Assembly (NCBI GenBank): GCA_904063045.1
Contig: CAJFCJ010000002.1
Coordinates: forward strand, 4,273,891-4,337,890
Reading direction: 5' to 3'
Origin: Dimorphilus gyrociliatus
Lineage: Eukaryota > Animalia > Annelida
DNA length: 64,000 nt
Below the pieces are notes generated by a model. That model was given only the letters and a program-made list of their open reading frames with translations, searched no databases and had not been told where the DNA came from. The first letter of the stretch is position 1. Every line of letters starts with the position of its first letter. Both the position numbers and the translations under genes were made by a program. This document shows positions 49,496 to 62,446 of the stretch, in pieces.

Positions 49496-50114
49496 TCATA
49501 TACAGACATTTTCTTGATCCTGCATAGCTTCATCGACATCTCTCATCAATTTCTTATGCACCATTTCTCTTGGCGTCATTGATCCTTGAACAACCTTAAA
49601 TGGAGAACGGCTAGATATCTTCTTCCTTTTAAATTTTCGTTTTGGCGTCGGTGAATTTGAAGCTGAGCTCATTTTCTTCTCAAGAGTGAACGATCTATTT
49701 GGAAAATGATAGTAACGGTTACTTGTTCCAACTTTCCACTTAGATTGGATTATGGTTTTTATAGAGTATTTACATTTATTCGTTGTTATTATTGAGAAAT
49801 ATATTTGCTTATACTTTGAAATAATACTAAGTGTGGTAATATAACCGCTTTTAGTAAGGTACTAACCTATTAAGCTCGGGATTAGATCGAGACTTGTGGA
49901 TTTCATAGATCGGGGTTCTTGCAAAGCTAGCACACGGTGATCTTGGATCTGAGATCATTTCTGGAGTTTTCTGAACTTCAATTGGTGTTCTTTGTATTTC
50001 CAAAGAAGGAGAACGTGGGTCGAAAGCTGGATTAACCGACCGATAATTTCGTGGCGTCGAATATACTTCGTTCGGGAGAGATTCTGTAAATTCCTTAACA
50101 CTCTGATTCCCCAT
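49496..50114 (-). CDS. CDCA3: Cell division cycle-associated protein 3 (Tome-1) homologue
   Basis: Exons 50114-49867 and 49694-49496 (phase 2). N-terminal MG plus tandem DPRSP...RTP motifs (FDPRSPSLEIQRTPI, SDPRSPCASFARTPI), followed by a C-terminal RSPF...DQEN. Confidence 0.8.
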
Positions 50115-50226
50115 AATTGCAATTGTTTTAATATCAGCTATAGATCCTTCTTAGTCGATTAATTACTCTCTAGAAGTCCTGAAAATGAATAAATTCTAAA
50201 ATATTTAAATATGTTTAAAGTTGTTG

Positions 50227-50283
50227 TTCAAAATATGGCGCCGACCAATCAGCGATAACTCTGGTTGTCTAAATTGTTTTGAA
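50227..50283. promoter_or_regulatory. CHR (TTTGAA) elements flanking a CCAAT box in the CDCA3/USP5 divergent promoter
   Basis: TTCAAA at 50227-50232 (TTTGAA on minus), CCAAT at 50245-50249 and TTTGAA at 50278-50283. CCAAT plus CHR is the established signature of DREAM/MMB-regulated G2/M genes. Confidence 0.45.
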
Positions 50284-50815
50284 AGTGAACTGTTCTGAAT
50301 AGTAAATACACTATTGCTTACTGTTGAAAGTGAACACTAAACACAATTTCGCGAGGGAAGTCATTATGTAATTCAAAACAAAATTTAAATAAAAAAACGC
50401 AAATATATTCCATAGTACATTTAAGATTGATAGGCTTTCTAATCCTTATATTATAAATTATTCCAATAGACAACATATGATACACCATCGAATATTGCTT
50501 ACCTTTTATAAAATGATAGTAAGGAAAGCAAATGGAATTATAAACGATAACAAAGTTAAAACTTCAAATGAAATTTGAAATAACGCTCATGAGCGATAAT
50601 CGATTCAAAATATCGTTTAAGTAAAAAAAAGATCAAATGTAATCTGTATACCGATACTTATAATTAAAAAAAAAGATTTTATAAATAAAATATTTTTAAA
50701 ACCTTTAAATTCTTCAAAAAAGCTAACTTCTCGTCACCTGCTGGTTCATAGCAATACCCGGTTTGGTTAAAAGTAAAATTTTCCTTCACCCGTTTATTTC
50801 CTAAAATTATCAGCA

Positions 50816-53718
50816 ATGGCGGAAATTCTGCAACCTCATCTTTCTAAAGTACGCGTCCCTAAAGGGGGTGATAAAGTCTACAAGGATGAATGTGTTTATT
50901 CATTCGATTCCCCAGTAAGTGTTAAAAATTGAGTTCCATTCATGTTATAAATTCGTCTTGCACTGGAATTACTTACCGGTTCTGAGAAGCTGACTAGTCA
51001 AAACATTGCTTATTACAAGTCTATAATATTAATTAAAAATATTATTACTTGCTGTTTAGCAAATTTATGAACTAGAACTATGAGTTTACAATTGTTATTT
51101 TAAGGGTTAGAATTAATTCTTTCAAAAGCACGCTATCCTGAGCTATAAAATATTTCAGCTGCTTGGATTTTTTTTCTTCTAAGATGTCTTACTTTACTTA
51201 TTTTAGGAATCACCTGGAGGACTATACGTTTGTATGAACACATTTATAGGCTTGGGAAAGACCTACGTTTCAAGACATGCTGAAAGAACTGGCAACTGTG
51301 TGTTTTTACATCTAAAAACCAAAAAGAAGAAGAAGAATGTTCGTACGGAGTCAGATGAGCCAGAGAAGAAAAAAGTTACTCGAATGGCCATAGGTGTTGA
51401 AGGTGGTTTTGACGCTAATACTGCCCAATTTGAATATGAGGAAAAACAGACTATTGTTATATTACCCTCGTGGACTGTTCTAGAATACCCTGATGAAAAC
51501 TTGCCAAATATTATTCAACGATCGGCCGTTGGTATTTTAAGCGCAGATTCTGGTTAGTATTTTTTTTATAAATTAAGCGAGGTACCAAATTAATGATTAA
51601 TTTTAATTGTGTGTTTTAGGTTCTAGAGTTGAACAATTTGCAGCTTGGGAAGAAGGTGAGCGAAAACTTTCCAGACATGCTAATGATCTCGTTCAATTGG
51701 ACAATAACAAGAAAATCCCTCCTACTGGCTGGAAATGTGAGAAGTGTGATTTGACGAATAATTTATGGTTGAATTTAACTGATGGATCTGTTTTGTGTGG
51801 AAGAAAGCATTGGGATGGTACTGGAGGAAATGATCATGCTATTGAATACTTTCGAGAGACTGGATATCCTCTGTGCGTTAAATTAGGAACTATAACTCCT
51901 AGTGGAGCTGATGTTTACTCTTACGCAGAAGATGAAATGGTTAGTCCTATTAACTCTCAATAAATAACATAATTAAACATATATTTAATTTATTTCAGGT
52001 AATTGACCCGAAGCTCAAGGAGCATCTTGCTCATTTCGGTATTAACATGATGACATCGGAAAAAACGGAAAAATCAATGTCAGAACTGGAAATTGAGTTA
52101 AATGAACGAAGTGCAGAATGGGCTTCAATGCAGGAAACTGGATCTCAATTAGAGCCAGTTTATGGACCAGGATTTACGGGAATCCACAACTTGGGGAATT
52201 CATGCTATATGAACGTGATACTTCAGATGCTATTTAATATACCTGATTTTTGCTCGATTTTTGCAAACAATTTTGAAATGTTTTTGAATTCAATTGATTC
52301 AAATGCTGCGGATGATTTCACAATCCAATTTTCTAAGTTGGGAAGGGCTCTTTTAAATGGAGAATATTCAAAGAAACCTCAACCCGAAGAAGACGCAGAA
52401 TTGTTGGATTTTGGTATAAAACCAAGACTTCTGAGATCAATTGTCGGACGAGGACATATTGAATTTTCGACAAAGAGACAGCAAGATGCTCATGAATTCC
52501 TACTTCATATACTTAGTTTGGTTGAAAGATCTGTTCGAGTTATTGGAGCGAATAACCCAAGTGATGCAATGAAATTTAGAGTCCAAGAAAGAGTGGAGTG
52601 CACGTTAACCAAAAAGGTAGGGCAAGAATCTTATTGTATTATTTATAAGAAAGAAAGAAAGTTGAAAAAACTCTTACTTTCCCAAAGGTACGATATACAT
52701 CAAGAGATGAATACGTTTTTAGTTTACCCGTCCCTGTTGAAAGCGGTACAACAAGTTTACAATCTTGTGTCGAAGCTTGGGCTGCTCCTGAAATAGTTAC
52801 TGACTTTTATTCGTCCGCAGCAAAAACGAAGACAAATGCTTTAAAATCTTCATCCCTTATTAGCTTCCCAGATTTTTTTGTCTGCCAATTGAAACGCTTC
52901 ACAGTGGCAGCAGATTGGACAGCTAAGAAGCTTGATGTTCTTGTTGATGTTCCAACAATTCTTGACCTAAGCGCATTTAAAAAGTCTGAAGGTTTAGAAC
53001 CCGGTGAGGAGGAACTACCCAATGAGAGTGGTCCATCCAAGGTATTATATTAAAATCGTTTCCATTCAATAGTAATATAGCTCCTTATCGGCAGATAACT
53101 TTGGATGAAAACATTATAGGACAATTGATGGATATGGGCTTTCCTCGTGAAGCGTGCAGACGAGCGGTATACAATACTATGAACAGTGGTGGCGCTGAAG
53201 CCGCAGCTGAATGGGCAATGCAACACGTCGGCGACCCAGACTTTTCTGATCCCTTTACCATACCGGATGGAAGCCAGAAACAAGGCTTTCAAGCAAACCC
53301 TGAATCATTGGCTTTGATTGTCAGTCTGGGCTTCACTGAAAATCAAGCTCGTGCCGCACTAAAAGCGACGGTAAGAATTTCTAAATTACAACTTTAAGAG
53401 TTGCTTTAAGTTTTATTGCTTTAGGATAACAACGTTGAACGGGCTGCCGAATATGCTTTCTCTCACTCTGAAGAGTTAGACAGAGCTGAAGAGCCATCTT
53501 CAAGCAACCAACAGCAAGTTAAAGTAAGGGATGGACCAGGAATATACGAACTCGTAGGTTTTGTAAGCCACATGGGATCATCCACATCGGTTGGTCATTA
53601 TGTTTGGCATGTTCGTAAAGACGATTCTTGGTATATATTTAACGATGAAAAAGTAGCAGTTTCTCAAAATCCCCCAAAATCGAGTGCATATTTATACCTT
53701 TATAGACGTAAATTTTAA
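50816..53718 (+). CDS. USP5: Ubiquitin carboxyl-terminal hydrolase 5/13 (isopeptidase T)
   Basis: Exons 50816-50914, 51207-51552, 51620-51939, 51999-52616, 52688-53041, 53095-53370 and 53425-53718. ZnF-UBP ([23 protein letters not shown]), Cys box [12 protein letters not shown], two UBA domains and His box [12 protein letters not shown]. Orthology to USP5 versus USP13 is not resolved. Confidence 0.92.
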
Positions 53719-54152
53719 ATTAACACTGACTATGTAATTTCGTTTTTGCTTGTTTACTATTATTAAAGTATTGAGTAAAAGTGTTAATAAGACTGAGATT
53801 CTATCATAGACTTTCAAAGGAGTAAGTCTGATAGAATGTTATCTATGATTGAAAATCTCTCTTGTAATTCAATTATTTGTCAAGTATGAAAAAACAAAAA
53901 AAACTTGTCTTTCAAAAGTCCCATTGTTATGTTTCCATTGAGAGGAACAAACTTCTTTCAAGGTAAATATAATAATCGATCAATAAAGCTTGAATTGTTG
54001 TAACAATAAGGAACTAGTTTGTATAAAATTGAAAATTCGTTTGACTAGAAACATTTAAGAATAAGCAGTGAACAGACAGTGCATTGAAGAAAGTTATCTG
54101 CTATATCTTGCGCCATCTTTATTTTTTATAGGATAAACCTTTTTATCGGCGA

Positions 54153-57100
54153 TTATTTCCCGCGTTTCTTGCCACCTCCCCAACCACCGCTTAATTTAAC
54201 TTGCTTGTTTCTCCAAGACATTTTTTCATGAGCTTTCTGATGAGGTGCCGAATTTGTTGTCTTTATTGATGGTAAAGATCCTTTTCTTGGTTCTACGAGT
54301 AACAATTTAACGATTATAACGTAGCTGTAAATTACCAACAGAGTTTACTTACTAAAATCTGTTGCGGAAAATCTTCTTGTTCCACTTATAGTTGAATCGC
54401 CTATAGATTGTAGTTCCATGGAAATAGGACTTTCCTATAAAAATAATGAATATAATGAATTTATAGTTATAAATTCTTATTTACATACTGTTAAATTTGA
54501 TCGTCCACCAGAAAGGACTCTGTTATCAAGCTTAGGGAGATTTTCGCTCTGATTAATTCTAGAGCTAGACAATGGAACATCAAAATTCGAAATTTGTGTA
54601 TGTATCCATTCGTAAGTCCTATTTTCTTTAGAAGAATTTTCCAATACTTTTGTTTTCTGTTCTTTTTCACTATTCTTTTGCACCCCTTGAAAATATTCAG
54701 TTCGTTCAACACCCTTCTTTACAGCTTGAACCGACGGCTTCTCTCCCTCAAATTTTTTAAATAGTGCCAGGCGCTGTTTGGCGTCCAACTTACTGATTTT
54801 CTTGCGTCTTTCAGAATTATATTTCATTTTTTTCGCCCTTTCTAACATGAGAGCGGCTGTTTGAGAATTTTTGAAACCCCTGAAATATCATTTTATTAAA
54901 AATTATCAATTGATCTGCGTTTTTTCCTATTTTGCAAAGTACATACCATTCTTGTTGTAGTTCTTCCTCCTTTTTAGACGCAAAAGTTCTTTGTGACGTT
55001 ATATCAGGATCTGCTATGCGTGATGAAGCTCTCGATAGAAGTGGGGGAAGTGGAGGCTTCATTCTTGAATTATTTAGGGGTGAGGCTCTCCAAGCTTCCA
55101 CTGGTATATTTGGGGGTTGATTTGAACTTTGATTGTCAGTAGTAGACAAAGGTGGAAGAACTATATCGTTTTGTCTATAACAACAAGTATTGAATAGTAT
55201 ATTGATATGATAACTAAATTACTTACAAATCAGGAACATCAGATGGTCTTATCACAATATCAATTGAATCCTCGTTGAAATTAAAATCAATTTCCTCCTC
55301 TTCGTCACTCTTTTCACTTTCAGCTGTTTCTCTTACTACATCAGACTTGAGGAATAGCTGTTTTACACTATCAAGTTTCTTTCTCACTCTATAACCTCGC
55401 CATGTTTTCTGAATAAAATAAGATATCAATGGAAGATATATAAGACCTAAGAGATCAGCAAACCTGAATAAGAATTGCTGCATTGTGTTTGTAAAGATCA
55501 TATTCATTATTATATTTGTATGATCTCCATGCTTGTTGTATAGTTATAGCAGCTAAGCACCTTTTAATATATGTATCAAAATCTTGTCGAGCTTTATAGC
55601 CTCTCCACAGGGCTTGAATTTTTGTGGCTGCAGCATTCTTCTTTTCCCTACAAACAAATATATTAGCTACCAAGTCAAGAAGTCAAATAAAGATTATTAA
55701 ATACACACATTTGTTTCTCATTTAGTCTTTGATTAAGATTTGATCGACCATTGGATGGCGAATCTGATGGAGGTTTCGGTACAGCGGAAAATTGTTGAAG
55801 AGATTCTTCGAATTTATTTTTTCCATAAGTGGTCATAACTTTACTCTCCAAATTTTTATCATAAACAGTTTTTTCTGTTCTATCTTCTCTTATTTGAGAG
55901 AGAACTTTTGCAATTTTATTATATCTATTATCTATTTCTTCTAACTCAGCCAAGTCCGTGTCGCTTAAACCGCTTTTTTGTTTTTCTTGATTTTCGTCAA
56001 GTGTTGTAGCTTTAGAGTTTCTTTTTCGTATTTCGTCCAATTCTCTATTTATTTTCTCCAAACGCATTTTCTCCTTGTCCGTTGGTAATTCTTCTATAAT
56101 ATTCTTTTTGTCTTTGTCTGTATAACGTTCAACTTTTCCTCCTCTTTCCTCTTCTTCTGAGAGCTTCAACTTCAGAACTCTTTCTGTCTCTTGTCTTTTT
56201 TTTTCTTCTTCGTCTTGGATCTTTTTTAGATGTAATCGCTCTTGTTCTTGTATTCTCTTCTCTTCTCTTCTCTTTTCTTCCTCTTGCCTTTTCTTTTCCT
56301 CTTCTTGCTTTCTCTTTTCCTCTTCTTGCCTCTGCTTTACCTCTTCTTGTCTCTTCTTTTCCTCTTCTTGCCTCTTCTTTTCCTCTTCTTGCTTCTTCTT
56401 TTCCTCTTCTTGCTTCTTCTTTTCCTCTTCTTGCCTCTTCTTTTCCTCTTCTTGCCTCTTCTTTTCCTCTTCTTGCCTCTTCTTTTCTTCTTCTTGCCTC
56501 TTCTTTTCCTCTTCTTGCCTTTTCCTTTCTTCCTCCTTTTTTTTCATTTCTTCTTGCTTTAGTTTCTCCAATCGCAAATTTTCCTCCTCTTGCTTTTTCT
56601 TCTCTGCTTGTCGTATTTTTTCCAACCGTTCTTCTTCTTTTCGTAATTTTTCTGCTTCTTCGAGTTGTACTTTCTCCAAACGAATACGTTCTTCTTCAGC
56701 TTGCTTTTCTTTTTTCATTATCTCTGCTTCTCTCTTTCGTTCTTCAATTTCCGCTATTCGCTTCTGTTCATAATGAATGCGAGCATTATATCTTCTTTCG
56801 TCAATAGCTTCTCCATAAAGTTTACGAGCGCTAAAAACAGTCAGATTCATGTATATTACAATTGAGGAGTGAATTTTACTTACCAGTATCGTCTGAAGGT
56901 CGTTTGAATGCTTATGGCGGCCTTAATTTGTTGATTCTCTTTCTTCTGCTTTTCAAATTCAGCTTGTTTGTTAAATTCTTCATATTCACTTGCTTGAACT
57001 CTGCCAAGTTGTTCTATTCTTTCCTAAATTATAATGTAACTGTACTAAAAGCAAGAGGTATTGAAAGTTTATTAAATACCTCATATTTTTTTTGGGATTT

Positions 57101-58171
57101 CATCAAACGTTCAAGCAGAGATTCATTCTCCCTTTCATTATCTTCTTCTAATTTCTGTATGAAATAGTGGATGTTAAGAATTAAATAATAACTCTATTAT
57201 ACTAAATATAAAAGTACTTTATTAATTTCAACTAGATTATGCTTTTCGTCTTCTATCCATGCTCGTTTCTCTTCCCTCAGCACAGCTTTTCTCTCTTCAA
57301 TTTCTTTTAACGGCTTTAAAATATTTTCTTCGACCTGTCAAAAAGACGATGATAAGAATACAAATAGTAAAAAGTTTGTTGTCAAAGTGAGCTTACTTGT
57401 TTCCTTTCCTTTTCCTTTTCTATTGCTTGTTTATTAAATTGAATGATTTTTTCTCGTAAGTCTCTCTCCATTTTTTCAATATCTGTTGCTAAAATAATTT
57501 CTCCATTGTTTTCATTAATTTCATTCTCTTCTGCAAAACATTTTTTGGATCATTAATCTTGAAATAGATATACTTTAAATAATAAACCTTTATCGTCCTT
57601 AGTTTCCTCGATAGCTGAAACTTCAGTGGCAAAAAATTGTTCTTCGCCATTATTTTCATCTCTTCTAAGTTCTGCAAGTTCCTTTTCGTCTTCTTCTTCA
57701 AGTTGCTTGATAATCTGATTGGAAATTATGTATGGAATTAAACTGGTGTAAAGGTAATTTTTTATTTTTAATCTTACATCCTTACGACGTTTGACTTCCT
57801 CATCATCTTCTTCATCCCTATGTATCACTAGATTAAGAAAAATAATTGGTGAATATTTCATAGAAATTTTATTATTAATACTATTAAAAAATACTTTTGC
57901 AATTTGCTTCCTCCATCAATATGTCACATTCTTCCAAATCTTTTAATAAGGAATCTGATTGATCTTGGATTCTCGTAAAGTAATCATTCATTGACAGCAA
58001 TATAGCATTATCCTGGAGTTTGTGATAGTTAATAATTAACTTTAACGTTTCAAAAATACTATTTCTTACATTTGTATCAGTGCAATTTTCAACAGGCCTT
58101 TCTGTCGAATAAATATCATTGTAGTCATCTTCATCTGAATCAGGATTAAATTCTTCACTTTTTTCGCTCAT
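54153..58171 (-). CDS. LRRIQ1-like IQ-motif protein lacking leucine-rich repeats
   Basis: About 14 phase-compatible exons from the ATG at 58171 to the stop at 54153. Acidic N-terminus, IQ motif AAISIQTTFRRY|CARK, long E/K/R helix, three further IQ motifs (ATKIQALWRGYKAR, AITIQQAWRSY, AILIQ|KTWRGYRVRK) and the C-terminal EELQQEW|GFKNSQTAALMLERAKKMK...RLALFK, which matches the LRRIQ1 C-terminal motif as I recall it. Confidence 0.78.
56266..56535 (-). repeat. Coding 21-bp tandem repeat, about 13 units, encoding (EEEKKRQ)n
   Basis: The plus-strand unit TTTTCCTCTTCTTGCCTCTTC is repeated, with several exact copies. The translation is visible in ORF 55675-56850. Confidence 0.95.
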
Positions 58172-58390
58172 ATTTAAATCTAGTAAAATAAAATTGGTAA
58201 CTAGGGACGCCAATATCAAACAAGAAAAAACAAATGAAAAAGTATGATGTATTTAAAAATAATGAGCCTAACTTCTATTCTCATCAGATTAGAATGAACG
58301 GCTGGATTACCTTTTATCATAATTAATCAAAACTCTCTGATAATGTATAGTTTGCTTTCTGTGTCGTCTGTTAACAACATTCCGTGGCCG

Positions 58391-58400
58391 CAGCCATCTT
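58391..58400 (-). promoter_or_regulatory. YY1-type motif AAGATGGCTG at the 5' end of the LRRIQ1-like gene
   Basis: Sense-oriented motif about 220 nt upstream of the ATG, in the divergent promoter shared with TRMT10C. Confidence 0.4.
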
Positions 58401-59226
58401 ACGCAATAGTAAATTTCGTACAAAATTAATAAACTAATTTCCGATTTAGTTTAAATAATTCTAAAATATATCATGAAGATATCCTTCCTGAAAAGGAAAT
58501 AAAGTTGTTTTTTTACGAAAATACGAATGAACGTCCTTGGCATTATGTAGCGGTCCCTTTTGAAAAAGCTGTTTTCCTTTAAAAAATGATTAAATAATTC
58601 TTTCCTCCAGGAAATTTTTAAAATAAAATATATGAAATTCAAATCAGCTAGCAGACTTAAATGACAAAGAGGACAGGTTTTATATATTGCAGAGTTTATT
58701 CAGGATAAACTTAGCTATATAAAATATGATAACGTGTTTTCTAAAAGTAACAATTTCTACGCAATACTAAAAAATATAATAGAGGACATAAGCTGGATTT
58801 ATTTCGTAGATTTTTTACATTTAATTAACTATATTAACATCTTTTGAACGTAAGAAACAAATTACATACATTTGTGCAACCCAGAGATCCTAAAAATGTT
58901 CTTCTCCTTTGATTGAAAGGCTGATCAAAATTAGTTAGTTATGAATAGTGTATTTAATAAATATGACTTGTGGGCAATGAATAATAAATCAAGATTATTT
59001 AAATAAGAATCTGTATAAATCTCTGCTAGAAGTTTTGCAACCCAAAGAGGAGCATTGGAAGGTTTCATCTGCAAGAAATATCTTTACAGAAGATTATAGC
59101 TTAATTTGTATATAATTTTGTTTGCTGTTATAAGTAAGATTTATATTGTTTCTTAAATAGTTTTTACTTAATAACTATCTTAATAATCGAATTTCACTTT
59201 TAAAACAGAATTGAAAGTGGGCGATA

Positions 59227-60297
59227 ATGCAAGCCCTTCGACGATGTTCACACGTGCTTAAATTAATACCAACAACACGCACTTACTTAACTAATCCAAA
59301 AACACTAGAAAAGCGTAAGCCAGATGATCTATGTTATAAAACGACAATACCATCCCCAAAAATACCATTTGACAAAATTACTGTGGAAGATGCAAAGAAA
59401 ATCCTTACCAATTTAACACCAGAAGAAGAGAAGCAATTAAAAATTCTGAAATTAGAATATGATGTATTCTTTTCAACTGGAGTTCGAGTTCCTAATGAAA
59501 TGACCTCAGAAATGTGGTGCACAATACTTAAGAAACCATCAGTAGCTTCACGAAGAAGGATGTATAACTTTTGGTTTAAGACTGAAAAGAAAATTGAAAA
59601 TGAGAAGAAGAGAAAACAAAAAAAAGCTCTGCAGCCAAAACCTGAAAAGAGTTTTAACTTCTATAATAACATATATTTTTTTGTTAGGGAGACGACTATG
59701 AATCAACATTATTACAACAATTTATGCCATGCCATGAGATTTGGACCTCCTTTACTCTTTGATATGTCATTTGAAAATAAGATGACTGACAGAGAAGTCA
59801 AAAACTTTGTCACTCAGCTCCAATATTCTCATTCAATCAACAAGATGAATCAAGAACCATTTCATTTTTCATTTTATAACGTTTTAAGCGAAGGTAGATT
59901 CTTTAATCAAATGCACTTCTTTGGAAAAGACTTGAGTAATATACCATGGACAGTTAGTAATAACGACTTCCAGGACATATATGATAAGGAAAATCTTATT
60001 TACCTGTCGCCTAACGGAGCAAGAACAATGAAAGAATACGATCATAATGCTATATACATTATCGGAGGAATTGTCGATAGAAGTGAAGAAGTACCTTTAA
60101 CGTTTGCCAAAGCCAAAAAGGAAAAGATCAGGTCCGTAAGGTTTCCTCTAGAGAGATATTTGGATTGGACACGTGGTAGCAAGAGTTTAACTATTGATCA
60201 AGTTGTAGGCATCTTACTTAGGATAAAGCAGAATAATAATAACTGGGAAGCCGCCTTTAGTGAATTTGTGCCAAAGAGGAAGACTTATAAAGATTAA
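59227..60297 (+). CDS. TRMT10C: Mitochondrial RNase P protein 1 / tRNA m1R9 methyltransferase
   Basis: Intronless 356-aa ORF with a basic presequence-like N-terminus. Trm10 SPOUT motifs LLFDMSFENKM, LIYLSPNG, YIIGGIVD and RFPLERYL...KSLTIDQV. Confidence 0.9.
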   Translation: MQALRRCSHVLKLIPTTRTYLTNPKTLEKRKPDDLCYKTTIPSPKIPFDKITVEDAKKILTNLTPEEEKQLKILKLEYDVFFSTGVRVPNEMTSEMWCTILKKPSVASRRRMYNFWFKTEKKIENEKKRKQKKALQPKPEKSFNFYNNIYFFVRETTMNQHYYNNLCHAMRFGPPLLFDMSFENKMTDREVKNFVTQLQYSHSINKMNQEPFHFSFYNVLSEGRFFNQMHFFGKDLSNIPWTVSNNDFQDIYDKENLIYLSPNGARTMKEYDHNAIYIIGGIVDRSEEVPLTFAKAKKEKIRSVRFPLERYLDWTRGSKSLTIDQVVGILLRIKQNNNNWEAAFSEFVPKRKTYKD

Positions 60298-61102
60298 AAC
60301 TATCAAACTTTATTCCAATGTTTGTTATATTTGTATGAATAAAACCAATAAGAGAAATTCAGTTGTATTTATTGAATTTTGAAAACAAAACAGATGTTAC
60401 TAGAATTTTAAGTATCAATATCACAGTTTTTTGCAAAATTGGCCAAAACGTTAAGCATTTAAACATTACGAATAGATAATATATATATATATATAATTAA
60501 TATATATTTTTATAAATAGATCAATTAATAAATATGATGAAAAATGTAAATAATATAGAAGTATATATAGTTTTTTTACATTTCAAGAAGAATAACATAC
60601 TAAAGAAAAAACTTCACTGAAACAGCAGAATTTTGGGTGATTTTACCTTATTTAATCCCATAATGACATTAACAATAACAAATGCAACTATATAAATGTT
60701 AGATGAAAATTTTAAGCATTATTATGAATTCCATTATATATTTAAAAGTGAAATTAATTATTTAAAGGCACTTAGTTAATGAACTTGATCACGAGCTGTT
60801 AAATTATCGCTTTCATTTTCAAGTCACCAATTGCTAAGCGTATTATGGTTTGTGAGAGAAGATAAAATAATTACTATTGTTTTAATAGAAGCAATGAGAA
60901 AAGCACAACGATCCTTTTCAAATTTTGGGTTCTTTAGCAATCCTATGACGCAAAGAAAAGTGACTTATTTCTGCATGACGTGTATACAAACGTAATTATT
61001 TTGTCATAATAAATTTGTTAAAATCCTAAAACAATAAGTTAAACTTCTGAAGTTTATCTTTTAAAGAAGAAAATTGAAAAAAAGGATAATTTGCGAAATA
61101 AT

Positions 61103-62446
61103 TTAGGCTTGTATAACGTCACCATCTTTTCTTGCTATAGAAATAGATCTCGGTTGAAGGGCTGACATTCTTCTTGCATCATAGTCTCTTGCTTTGTTGT
61201 ACAAAAGAACACCAACAGTAACGACGACAGTTCCCAAGCCCGACAAGAAAGTTACAGAATTTCCAAAAATTAAAATAGAGAGCCAGATTAAAAAAGCTCG
61301 TTTCACGGTATTAGCAACAGAATGAGTCACGGGAGATATGTAGCTCATTAAAACATAAGCAGTTATAGATTGGAAATGAAAAAAAATGCCGTTTAAAACT
61401 AAACTAATTATCATTTTGTAGGTTAGACTATCTTCTGCTCTACCCCAATCCATGATTAAAGCACATGTGGGAATTTGTACTACTATCGATGCTAGAGAAG
61501 TGTAGAATTGAAGTTCTGCAGGTCTGTTCAATAAAAAAGATAAACTATTACTTAGTTCTTTGAGAAATTAAAATATGTGAAGGTGCTAAAGATTATCTGT
61601 GTAATTCACATTTCTTGATGATGGAAGGGCAAATTTATCAGAATTGAACATTTCATTTAATAAATATTTGCCAGAAATATTCAATATAGACTTTATCGCC
61701 AAAGAAAAGTCCATTAACAGACAACTATATGACTTTCAAATAACGTTAAATGAATGATATTTAACTTTGAGTGAATTATGTTATGTAAAAGAAAGAGAAT
61801 ATTAGGGACAGGTAAAAACTTACGTATATTTAAATTTTTCACCACTAATCAACATTTTTGAATAAACGTTTTGTAGGCATTCTGTCAGATTGGTTGCGAG
61901 AGCCGCAAAAAAGCCCTGAATGTTGAATGATAACTCATATGCAGAGCACAAAGCCAATCCCCCCATTATAGGAATGAGAGATAGTTGCACAAAGACTCCA
62001 GTTCTTTCACCCAATATACATCTTGATATCATAACGGTAAAAATGGGAGCTGAGCTCTTTACAGTTTCAGTGAAACTGACGGCAACATATTTAAGAGCAA
62101 CTAAACCTAATAATACGGTTATGAACCTAGTTGATCCGACAATTATCATATTCCTCCAAAAGTTTGGAGGTTTTCCCTGTCGTTTTATTGGCTTATACAT
62201 CCCCAATGGCAAATACATTTGAATAAATCCTAAACTGGTTGTCATTATCATTTGAACTGTTCCTAGAAGATATGGTTCCCCTTTTAGTGTTGTTAGAATG
62301 TACTTGTTTAGAAACAGAGTGCAAGCTGAGAAGAAATACCACAGAATCAGGAATAGCATAGGTCGAGGATGGCATAAGCCTTCCCGAATCTCTTCAATCG
62401 GAGATTCATCAACATTTTCGTCATCTTTCTTGTGACGTTCCGACAT
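61103..62446 (-). CDS. SLC35E2: Triose-phosphate-transporter family solute carrier 35E2-like
   Basis: Exons 62446-61824 and 61523-61103. Motifs TLFLNKYIL, VAVSFTETVKSSAPIFTV, LQNVYSKMLISG, PAELQFYTS and SPVTHSVANTVKRA. Confidence 0.88.

Noticed and set aside
56242-56562. Leu/Phe-rich plus-strand ORF that looks like a membrane protein
   Set aside because: It is the reverse complement of the EEEKKRQ repeat.
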